This document shows, piece after piece, positions 17,573 through 24,815 of a stretch of DNA of 24,815 nt. The notes below the pieces were generated by a model. It was given only the letters and a program-made list of their open reading frames with translations, was not told the DNA's origin and made no database searches. Source of the stretch: Thermoproteota archaeon (GTDB taxonomy: Archaea > Korarchaeota > Korarchaeia > Korarchaeales > Korarchaeaceae); contig JAOZGP010000027.1 of assembly GCA_027491735.1 (NCBI GenBank), positions 1 to 24,815 on the forward strand. Direction: 5' to 3'. Every line of letters starts with the position of its first letter. Positions within the stretch are counted from its first letter, which is position 1. The position numbers and the translations under genes were made by a program.

Positions 17573-17638
17573 GGAGGGATGAGGAGACCATCCCAGTATG
17601 ATCGGGGAGGATGATATGCTCAGGGGTAACCGACCTCC
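17573..17638 (+). ncRNA. Box C/D methylation guide sRNA
   Basis: C GGGAUGA (17576-82), 15-nt guide, D' AUGA (17598-601), C' AGGAUGA (17608-14), 15-nt guide, D CCGA (17630-33). Terminal GGAGG/CCUCC complementarity. TTAATTAA lies about 25 nt upstream, and the RNA fills the intergenic gap. Confidence 0.8.
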
Positions 17639-17641
17639 CAC

Positions 17642-18103
17642 CTAGTGAGCTTCATACCTCCTGAGGGTTCTAAGAGCTTCTCTAACCATGAAGTATGTGC
17701 CTCTCATGGTCTCTCCTTCACTTTCCATCTTCTTTATGTCATCTAATGAGAACCAGTTCCAATCCTCATGCTCCTCAGCCCTGAGGATGGGTTCTCCTTC
17801 CATCCTGGTCACGTAGAGGGGTATTATGAACTCAACCTTGTGCTTGCTGTACACTATGCCGAACGTGTCAACGGGGATCAGATCTGAGTTTCTTGGGATG
17901 AATCCGGTCTCCTCCCACAATTCTCTCAGAGCAGCGTGACGAGGGGTTTCTCCGTACTTGAGTCCCCCACCGGGTATCTCCCATTTTCCAGCGTTAAGTT
18001 TCTTTCCGGCTCTCTTGAGGAGAAGGACCTTGCCTTCTCCGTTGACCACGACTGTGCATGGGACTATGAAGATCTTACTTCGTCTGAATTTCCCAACCAC
18101 CAT
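17642..18103 (-). CDS. Nudix hydrolase
   Basis: Nudix box GGGLKYGETPRHAALRELWEETG, with VLLLKR and GKWEIPGG. Start is ATG 18103 or GTG 18121. Confidence 0.9.
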   Translation of the reverse strand: MVVGKFRRSKIFIVPCTVVVNGEGKVLLLKRAGKKLNAGKWEIPGGGLKYGETPRHAALRELWEETGFIPRNSDLIPVDTFGIVYSKHKVEFIIPLYVTRMEGEPILRAEEHEDWNWFSLDDIKKMESEGETMRGTYFMVREALRTLRRYEAH

Positions 18104-18117
18104 AGAAGAGCACCAAT

Positions 18118-18528
18118 TCACTCTGATCGGGATGTTTTCGTGTAGATCAACTTGACTATAACCTTGGAGGATCCACAGTTCCTGCAGTTCTCTCCAGTGA
18201 GTTTTCCCACATACTCCCCGTCCTTGAAGGTTCTCTCCATCTTAGTGTTGCAGTCCAAACACTGGACTACTGTTACGATGGGGCCAAGGACCTTCTCCTT
18301 TGAGAGTTCCTCCCTCATCCTGCTTATGTCCATTATCGCCTTCACGACGAGCACCAGAGAGACCACCCCTATCGTGAACTGGATTATAGATATCGTATCG
18401 GCTCTGCCGTGCGTGGCCATTTCGCGAGCTCCGCTCCAGATCAAGAGCAACGATACTGCCGCGGCCATGGAGATGAGAATCGTCCAGATCCAAACGTTGG
18501 TGGCTTGCTGCCCGATCCGTTGACTCAT
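18118..18528 (-). CDS. Two-TM membrane protein with C-terminal Zn-ribbon
   Basis: Two hydrophobic helices, then CLDC...ERTFKDGEYVGK...CRNCG. Starts 2 nt after the DUF1512 stop. Confidence 0.8.
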   Translation of the reverse strand: MSQRIGQQATNVWIWTILISMAAAVSLLLIWSGAREMATHGRADTISIIQFTIGVVSLVLVVKAIMDISRMREELSKEKVLGPIVTVVQCLDCNTKMERTFKDGEYVGKLTGENCRNCGSSKVIVKLIYTKTSRSE

Positions 18529-18530
18529 AT

Positions 18531-19652
18531 TCAGATCTCCTCCCTGTTTCCTACACCAACAGAGTTGCCTATTCCAGCCACCACCACGTAGTCTCCAGGA
18601 CGCGTCCTCTCAACTATAGCTTCCTTTATCCTTTTAACCACCTCATCGGCCGCTTTGGCTATCTCGGGTTTCATGATCGTTATAGCATCTGTCAGATCCT
18701 CCTTTATCACTATTGAGTCCAGAGGTATGCCGTATCTGGCGGCAACATCCTCTATCTTCCACTTCTCGGGTCCTGGATCTCCTATGGCAGCTCCAACTCC
18801 CTCGGCTATTTCTGCGCTGAGTTCTCCCTCTAGTTTAAGGGCGGCATCTATCATTATTATTCTATGGATTGCCCCGCTTCTCGATTCTATGACTCGTTTT
18901 ATTGCTTCTCCAGGCTTGCCTACCTCTCCTCCAGGTCCGTTGGCCTTTATCACCATGACCTTCCTCCCCTCTACCTCGATCTCAGCACCAACCGTTCCAT
19001 AAGCCAGTTCTTGTACCTCAGAATTTCCTATCAACTTTAAGGCCACCAACGGACCTATGCTATCCCCGACCGGAGTTCCCCTACGAAAAGCCTCACCTGA
19101 GCTCCAATAAGCCTTCGCTATTCTGAGTATCTCAGGAAGCTGCATCTGTATCTGGGCTATATATATCAGGTTCTGAGTCTTTTTCCCTAGTATGTAGTAG
19201 TGCCTGACCACCCTGTATATCTGATCGAGAATGATTATCCCCTCGACCAAGCATCTCATGTCTGCCCTCCTGTGAACCCCTATGCCCGGAAGAAGCCTCG
19301 TTAGATGAGCATCTAGGGACTCCCTGAGCTCATCAAGGAGATGCTCCAACCTCCTCAGAATTCCAGAAGGATCAAGTGACACTGGCTCTATCAGGAAATA
19401 CCCTTTTATCTTCTTCAGAGTTTCCTCTATGGCTCCTCTGTCTTTGTTGTACTTGGAGGCCTCTTCAATGAAGGAGGCCGATGCGTCATTAAGGTATCTC
19501 TCCAGCTTGAGAAGCGCGTTGTTTATGTCATTCATCCACTTCCAGACTTGAAGTTTGTTTGCGTAAAACTGAAAGATCGCTATGAGAACAAAGAACAGGA
19601 TCCATTGGAGCCAATCCTGTGTGTTAGCGAATTGCATGAATTTTATATCCAC
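18531..19652 (-). CDS. DUF1512 family protein (N-terminal TM)
   Basis: PVSLDPSGI, IYRVVRHYYILGKKT, PVGDSIGPLVA, GPGGEVGKPG, IDAALKLEGE, GVGAAIGDPGPEK and GIGNSVGVG, recalled as the archaeal DUF1512/COG4046 pattern. Confidence 0.85.
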   Translation of the reverse strand: MDIKFMQFANTQDWLQWILFFVLIAIFQFYANKLQVWKWMNDINNALLKLERYLNDASASFIEEASKYNKDRGAIEETLKKIKGYFLIEPVSLDPSGILRRLEHLLDELRESLDAHLTRLLPGIGVHRRADMRCLVEGIIILDQIYRVVRHYYILGKKTQNLIYIAQIQMQLPEILRIAKAYWSSGEAFRRGTPVGDSIGPLVALKLIGNSEVQELAYGTVGAEIEVEGRKVMVIKANGPGGEVGKPGEAIKRVIESRSGAIHRIIMIDAALKLEGELSAEIAEGVGAAIGDPGPEKWKIEDVAARYGIPLDSIVIKEDLTDAITIMKPEIAKAADEVVKRIKEAIVERTRPGDYVVVAGIGNSVGVGNREEI

Positions 19653-19853
19653 CTTTCAACACCACCGAAAACTAACACGGCATCTTCCCGCACAGTCACT
19701 TATAAAATGTTGTTCGATAATCTTCGGTGGGTATGTCTATCCCAGATGAGCTCCTGAGAGGCTCCTATGGAGGTTGTCGAGGACTGCGCAGTCTGATCGT
19801 TGTTGAGAGGAGATCATCATTATAATCTAAGCTCCTATAGTGGAGGGGTTGGA

Positions 19854-20513
19854 ATGAAGGCCCGCGGGCTCGTCGCATTCGACTTGGATGGTACTCTGAT
19901 CGACATAGAGAGCTCATGGCGAGTCATACACAGGATACTCGGAACAGAAAAACTGGCGGAAGTGAACAGGATCAGGTACAAGAGAGGAGAGATTTCCTAC
20001 GCTGAGTGGGCTGAGCTCGACGTGAAGCTATGGAGAGGAGTTCCTCTCAACTTCATATATGAGAGATTAAAATCTCACGTGAGGCCTATGAGAAACATGG
20101 CCGAGGCTCTCAGGGAACTTAAATCCATGGGATTTTATGTAGGAGTTCTTAGCGCTGGTGTGGATCTGATGGCTAGACTCGTGCATGAGATCGCTCCCCT
20201 GGACTTTGTGAAAATAAACAGGCTTACAACGGATAAGGAGGGAAAGATAGCTGGAGTTAGGGCTGAGGTATGCTTCGACAACAAGGGAGAGATCTTGGTC
20301 TCACTGGCACGCGAGATGGGCGTCCGTCTCGAGGACGTTGTGGCTGTTGGGGATGGAGAGAATGACATAAGCATGTTCAAGCTACCCATAGGTCTCAGAA
20401 TAGCCTTCAACACTGTCTCACGAGCACTTGTATCCTTAGCCGACTATGTTATATCCGAGAAGGACCTCGCGCTCGTGGTGAGCGTCATCAAAGAATGGTT
20501 CAGGAGACGTTGA
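19854..20513 (+). CDS. HAD-superfamily phosphatase, phosphoserine phosphatase-like
   Basis: FDLDGTL, ESSW, LSAG, NKG, VGDGENDISMF and IAFN motifs. ATG 19854 follows GGAGGGG. Confidence 0.88.
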   Translation: MKARGLVAFDLDGTLIDIESSWRVIHRILGTEKLAEVNRIRYKRGEISYAEWAELDVKLWRGVPLNFIYERLKSHVRPMRNMAEALRELKSMGFYVGVLSAGVDLMARLVHEIAPLDFVKINRLTTDKEGKIAGVRAEVCFDNKGEILVSLAREMGVRLEDVVAVGDGENDISMFKLPIGLRIAFNTVSRALVSLADYVISEKDLALVVSVIKEWFRRR

Positions 20514-20559
20514 ACTAAAGGATACTGATTTATTTTGAGCAAACTGCCATCATCCACTG

Positions 20560-21291
20560 ATGAGTAGGATAAAGGTCTTCAGTCTGAGTGATCCCAAGTT
20601 AGAACTTGTTGGATCAGAGCTGGCCAACGAAACGGCAAGAAAGATAATAAATGAGCTCCTAGCTAGCCCTAAAAGCGCTAGCGAGATTGCCAAGGCAATA
20701 GGATCTCCAGTAAACACGATTATGTTCCACCTAAGCAAGATGATGGAGTCTGGGATCGTCAGATTAGTTGGAGTATCTCCGGGTAGGAGGGGTCAGAAGA
20801 AGATCTATGAGCTCACTTCACGAATCCTGATAATATCTCCCCACGAGGAGGAGGACAGCCTTCTAGAGGAATTAAGAAAAACAATCAGTAGATTAGAGAT
20901 ACCGCGCTGGAACATCATCAGGCCCGTTGTGATATCAGTGTTGATATCCTTCCTCCTATGGGGTGTGTTCCTCGGGTTCTCCCCGGGAGGAGCGATGTTC
21001 CCTACCTCTAAGTATAAGACAGACATAGCCGCTGCGAGAACCTCTGAAATAGGAAACCTTAGCTCAAAAAAGGCCGCCTATGGACCATTCGGACAGCCAA
21101 TTTACATATTGGTGCTTGTTCTTCTCTTAGCGGCATCAATCGTTGCAGCGCTTTGTTCAGCGATCCTCATCAAGAGGCAGGCCCTTACAGTGAACGAACC
21201 CCTTAAACCTTCTAACGTAGTTTCTGCAGGCGAGACAGAACAGGAAGCTGATCCTCTTTCCTTTGACAGGGCAGTCAACGGCGTCCCTTGA
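20560..21291 (+). CDS. ArsR-type winged HTH regulator with C-terminal transmembrane helices
   Basis: LANETARKII...SASEIAKAIGSPVNTIMFHLSKMMESGIV...KKIY, followed by two hydrophobic segments. Confidence 0.8.
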   Translation: MSRIKVFSLSDPKLELVGSELANETARKIINELLASPKSASEIAKAIGSPVNTIMFHLSKMMESGIVRLVGVSPGRRGQKKIYELTSRILIISPHEEEDSLLEELRKTISRLEIPRWNIIRPVVISVLISFLLWGVFLGFSPGGAMFPTSKYKTDIAAARTSEIGNLSSKKAAYGPFGQPIYILVLVLLLAASIVAALCSAILIKRQALTVNEPLKPSNVVSAGETEQEADPLSFDRAVNGVP

Positions 21292-21414
21292 GAACTTGGA
21301 GATCACCTTCCTGCTGAACGTTTTTTCCAACTCCTCCCTCAGACCCCCCGGAATCCTCTGCGCTCTACTGAGATGAACCACCTCGACCTCATACTTGTGG
21401 TCTCTTCCGGACAT
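21157..21414 (-). CDS. Small Cys-rich putative metal-binding protein
   Basis: 85 aa, VDCP...FLFCLACRNYVRRFKGFVHCKG (four Cys). ATG lies 24 nt from a TATA box, consistent with leaderless transcription. Confidence 0.65.
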   Translation of the reverse strand: MSGRDHKYEVEVVHLSRAQRIPGGLREELEKTFSRKVISKFSRDAVDCPVKGKRISFLFCLACRNYVRRFKGFVHCKGLPLDEDR

Positions 21415-21437
21415 CGTTGAGCTACTCAGAAAGGTAG

Positions 21438-21445
21438 TTTATAAA
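21438..21445. promoter_or_regulatory. Palindromic TATA box (TTTATAAA) serving divergent leaderless genes
   Basis: Located 24 nt from ATG 21414 (-) and 25 nt from ATG 21470 (+). Confidence 0.65.
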
Positions 21446-21469
21446 GTAAATAGCGAGTTTCTGGTCCGT

Positions 21470-22165
21470 ATGAGTGAGATCAAGGCCCTTATATTTGATT
21501 TCTGGGGAACTATGTTCGTGCAGATAGTACCTGACGAGATCTATTATGGGGAAAGAGTCAAAAGAATCCTGAGGCAGCGAGGAATAAGTGATGAGAGAGT
21601 CCTAGAACGAGCAACAAGAGTCTATATTCAGTTAAGAGAGGAGATTGTGAAGGAACGGAGGAGAAACCTCAGAGAGATCAGAGCTCTCGAGGAGATAGAG
21701 AGATTCTTCCAGAGAATAGGATTGAATGCTCGTGTGGGGGAGGATCTGATACCGGCCTATTCGTGGCCGTTTTTACACTTCACTCTGAGGAGGTGCGGCC
21801 TTGATGTGTTGTTCGACCTACATCGGAGATATGTTCTGGGGGTCCTATCCAACTCGCCGTGTCACCGCATGGTAGTGGAGAGACTTGAGGAGGAGGGCAT
21901 TAGAGATCTATTCTCAGCAATTGTGACCTCTGATATTGTGGGAGTAGTTAAACCCCATCCGGACATCTTTAGGGAGGCCCTTAGGTCATTAGATGTTTCT
22001 CCAGAGGAGGCAGTGATGATAGGAGATTCCATCAACGATGATGTGGAAGGAGCTAAGAAGGTTGGAATGAAGGCTGTTCTCGTGGGACGCTCGAACTCTC
22101 CACTCTGTGATGCTGTTGTGATGAGTTTTGACAAACTTCCAGAGGTTTTGAAGGTGATCTCTTGA
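21470..22165 (+). CDS. HAD-superfamily hydrolase (COG1011-like)
   Basis: IFDFWGT, LSNS, KPHPDIF and IGDSINDDVEGAKKVGM. Start set at ATG 21470. Confidence 0.88.
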   Translation: MSEIKALIFDFWGTMFVQIVPDEIYYGERVKRILRQRGISDERVLERATRVYIQLREEIVKERRRNLREIRALEEIERFFQRIGLNARVGEDLIPAYSWPFLHFTLRRCGLDVLFDLHRRYVLGVLSNSPCHRMVVERLEEEGIRDLFSAIVTSDIVGVVKPHPDIFREALRSLDVSPEEAVMIGDSINDDVEGAKKVGMKAVLVGRSNSPLCDAVVMSFDKLPEVLKVIS

Positions 22166-22428
22166 GGAGATGGTTGCTAGATCTTTTAAAATGCCCGAAA
22201 TGCGGCCATTACCCGCTGAAGCTTAAGGTGTACGCTGAGACCATTGAGGAGCTTCCTTCAGTCATTGGAGAGCTCCCACTTTGCAAGATCTACTGCGCCT
22301 TTGTTGATGGTCCTCCAGATGAAATGAAGTGCCCGGAGTGCATCAAAAAGGAAGTTGTGGCAGGAGTGTTGATCTGTGAGGTATGTGGCTCCAGATATGG
22401 TATAGATCAGGGGGTACCGAGGCTTTAG
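22162..22428 (+). CDS. trm112: Trm112 family methyltransferase activator
   Basis: MRRWLLDLLKCPKCGHYPLKL...EVVAGVLICEVCGSRYGIDQGVPRL. 4-nt overlap with the HAD gene. Confidence 0.85.
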   Translation: MRRWLLDLLKCPKCGHYPLKLKVYAETIEELPSVIGELPLCKIYCAFVDGPPDEMKCPECIKKEVVAGVLICEVCGSRYGIDQGVPRL

Positions 22429-22490
22429 GATCAACATTTAATATACTACTTTGATTAGATCCTTAGCTGAGTCTGCAAGAGGTCTCTGGG

Positions 22491-23498
22491 ATGGAGGTAC
22501 ACCTCAAGCTCACCTTCATTGGATTCCTGTTCATAGCACTCTCCTCGCTCATGCTGATGGCACCAACGATGAGCTCTGAACCCATAACAAACTCCTCCTG
22601 TGAAGGAGACATCATGAAATCAGCTGTAAATTACACTGTGAAGGAGAGCGTCCTCCTACAAAATGATCTAAACATGACGGTCAATGAGACTGTCTATCTG
22701 GCAGTTCCCCAGAACACCACATATCAGGAGGCAGTTCTGCTCAACTTCGATGGGAACTACAGGTTCATTAGGGATGAGGATGGAAACGTCATGATTTTGA
22801 CCTGGTTTAAGATGCCCCCTCACGAAAGGAGATGGGTGAACTCAACTTTCAGAATCGCAGCCCATCCATACAGGATAACGTTTGGCAACTGCTACGTGTG
22901 GCCTAACTTCACGTTAGTCAAGGAGTACACAACGGAGACCAGGTACTGGGACATCAAGAACAGGACCCTAATAGACATCACCAAGAGCGTCGTTGATGGT
23001 GCTGAAGGCCCTGTTGAGGTTGCCGGGAGGATAGCCAAATGGTTGTCGTCCAGAATAGAGTATAGGGTACTTCCCACGAGAGCCGGCTCTGACGGAAGTT
23101 TGTTCATTAAAAACAGCAAAGTGATCCTTATAGGAGACTGCAGCGAGGTGTCAGACGTCTATGTCACGATGGCCAGAATAGCCGGGCTTCCGGCTAGGGT
23201 CGCATTTGGGATGTTGTTGGAGAACAGAAGCAGGACGTTCTACTGGATAAACACATCTCAGGAAGAATTCGAGCAACATTGGGGAGGACACGCCTGGTCC
23301 CAGGTGTACATTCCTCGCTGGGGATGGGTAGACGTCGAGCTCTTGGAGGGATTTCTTCCTAAGGTTGGAGACTACTCTTGGAGACATGTTGTTTATGGTT
23401 TTGAGGCCAAAAAGTTCGCAGGATCGGCGATAGAGGAGTTTGTGCTTCCCAGCTTCTCCAGGCTAAGATATGTCTCCTTCACGTTCACAGGTGGTTGA
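22491..23498 (+). CDS. Secreted transglutaminase-like (TGc domain) cysteine enzyme
   Basis: Signal peptide, GDCSEVS...ARIAGLPARVAFG, GHAWSQVY...GWVDVE, and 10 N-x-S/T sequons. Confidence 0.85.
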   Translation: MEVHLKLTFIGFLFIALSSLMLMAPTMSSEPITNSSCEGDIMKSAVNYTVKESVLLQNDLNMTVNETVYLAVPQNTTYQEAVLLNFDGNYRFIRDEDGNVMILTWFKMPPHERRWVNSTFRIAAHPYRITFGNCYVWPNFTLVKEYTTETRYWDIKNRTLIDITKSVVDGAEGPVEVAGRIAKWLSSRIEYRVLPTRAGSDGSLFIKNSKVILIGDCSEVSDVYVTMARIAGLPARVAFGMLLENRSRTFYWINTSQEEFEQHWGGHAWSQVYIPRWGWVDVELLEGFLPKVGDYSWRHVVYGFEAKKFAGSAIEEFVLPSFSRLRYVSFTFTGG

Positions 23499-24562
23499 AG
23501 GTGAGAGGACGCGTCATCATCATCCTCTTTATGCTCGCGCTTCTGACGGTTCCAGTTACACGTACTGCTGAGCAGCCTCAGCCCAGATACTGGATCGCTC
23601 TGAACTTCAGCTTGAGATTCTTTAAAAATGGAACTGTTGTCGTCGAAATCAAGCAGCATCCCTTTGACTCCTACGGGCGAAGTCTGCTCAATAACAAGAA
23701 CGTGACCGATGGGATCATCAAGTCGGAGAGGTCGACCCTCGTGTACACCTTACTTCTGTTTTCAAAGAATCCTAAAAATATGAAATATAAAATAATTAAA
23801 TCCATGACTCTGAACAGAAGCATCACGATACTATGCGATCCGCTGAATAACGGGACTGTGGTCAGGTATAGAGGTGCTGTGGTTATGGACGTTCTGGTTT
23901 ATCTGAACACAACTGACTCTGTCCGCGAGATATCGAAAGGACTCTATGAGGTCAAGGTTGCGGACAGCATAACAAGCATGGACCCGAGAGGATGGATAGA
24001 CGTCATGGAGTTCATATTCCAAGAGAACATGCTTACGGGATACAGTTGGTCACCTAGCTACGCTAAAGGAGCCACTGAGGCCAACTCTACCTATCTGCTA
24101 TGGGTGAACAGAAACGAAAAAGATGCTCCGGATGTCTACATACTCAAGCTCAAGATGAACGTGGAAGGCCCCAACGAGAAGAGGATCCTTCAGGAGCAGA
24201 AGATTGAGGTCTTCAGGAGGGACTGTGAGATCTCCGTGAGGATCAAGAACATGGGTCCATCTGATTTCATCATAGTTAGGTTTGTCGGAAACAGAAGTGA
24301 CCAAGCCAGGAAGGTCTTTGTCGATAGTGGAGGTAATGTGACCATTTCCGTCATGGATCCGAGCGCTAGACTTGTTCAAGCGTACCGCGACGGAGTCCTC
24401 GTATACAATAAGACTCTCTGCGAGAGTGAGGAGATACGCCGTCACGGGACTATCATCGCGTATGTGACGCTTCTGGCGGGTCTCGTGATAATCATCGGTT
24501 CTCTGTTGGGTATGAAGCTTGAGGGGTCTTCATCAGACAGGACAAAGTTGAAGAGATCATGA
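23495..24562 (+). CDS. Secreted, C-terminally membrane-anchored hypothetical glycoprotein
   Basis: Signal peptide, 10 sequons, C-terminal TM IIAYVTLLAGLVIIIGSLLGM. TTGA overlap with the upstream stop. Confidence 0.78.
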   Translation: MKVRGRVIIILFMLALLTVPVTRTAEQPQPRYWIALNFSLRFFKNGTVVVEIKQHPFDSYGRSLLNNKNVTDGIIKSERSTLVYTLLLFSKNPKNMKYKIIKSMTLNRSITILCDPLNNGTVVRYRGAVVMDVLVYLNTTDSVREISKGLYEVKVADSITSMDPRGWIDVMEFIFQENMLTGYSWSPSYAKGATEANSTYLLWVNRNEKDAPDVYILKLKMNVEGPNEKRILQEQKIEVFRRDCEISVRIKNMGPSDFIIVRFVGNRSDQARKVFVDSGGNVTISVMDPSARLVQAYRDGVLVYNKTLCESEEIRRHGTIIAYVTLLAGLVIIIGSLLGMKLEGSSSDRTKLKRS

Positions 24563-24815
24563 GAGAGGACATTCCAATCCGGTTTCATGGTATTGACGTT
24601 GTGAGCAGAAACCCACTGTGCCGCACATTCACCCCTACGGCTTCTGCGACATCGAAGATCCTCACAAAGATAGATGATCCGGTTGTGTATAAGCTCTGCT
24701 CCGGAGAGGGCTCGGAAGGCGGGTAGATGCCGCTCCGCCTTCTGTGGATCCTGAGGCGAGAAGGCCGTCCGCTGAAACGTTGCGAAAGTTATAAAAGCTG
24801 TGGATAGCCAGAACG

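Noticed and set aside
21395-21469. Upstream extensions of the HAD (21395), PSP (19800) and asparaginase (9074) ORFs
   Set aside because: They overlap other genes or promoters, or precede the domain start; downstream ATGs fit the family N-termini.
24559-24726. 55-aa ORF starting at an ATGA overlap
   Set aside because: Short, no motif, and it runs through hairpins; the overlap can arise by chance.
1-24815. CRISPR or TIGR-like arrays, tRNA, rRNA, intact transposases
   Set aside because: No regularly spaced repeats, cloverleafs or rRNA motifs were found by eye; the C/D-like motifs are dispersed rather than tandem.

Overview
Gene-dense chromosomal segment from an archaeon, probably a thermophilic TACK-lineage organism (possibly Korarchaeia). 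The lineage is inferred from TIP49, DUF1512, an archaeal-type GluRS, Trm112 with a Cys-rich insert, and TATA-box/leaderless gene starts. About 21 protein-coding genes are supported: TIP49/RuvB-like ATPase, ferredoxin, Xaa-Pro peptidase, RlmI-like methyltransferase, a 983-aa propeller/Ig surface protein, Ntn asparaginase, gltX, a flavin oxidoreductase, a NatAB-like ABC exporter, a membrane-anchored surface protein, an RNase HIII-like nuclease, a divergent HisD homolog, Nudix, DUF1512 with a Zn-ribbon partner, two HADs, a membrane-tethered ArsR-type regulator, a small Cys-rich protein, Trm112, and a secreted transglutaminase-like protein with a partner. No CRISPR array, tRNA, rRNA or intact transposase was seen. 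The most interesting signals are: (i) a well-formed box C/D sRNA whose D' guide fits the 23S P-loop G2251; (ii) a ~620-bp non-coding island beside TIP49 holding several K-turn/K-loop RNAs, one resembling an orphan TnpB omega-RNA, plus possible IS200/IS605 end remnants; (iii) a recurring hairpin + GATGA...CTGA motif in intergenic gaps; (iv) an archaeal RNase HIII-type gene; (v) a HisD homolog lacking its catalytic His; (vi) a frameshifted RHH pseudogene. All family assignments come from motif recognition by eye, not from database searches.
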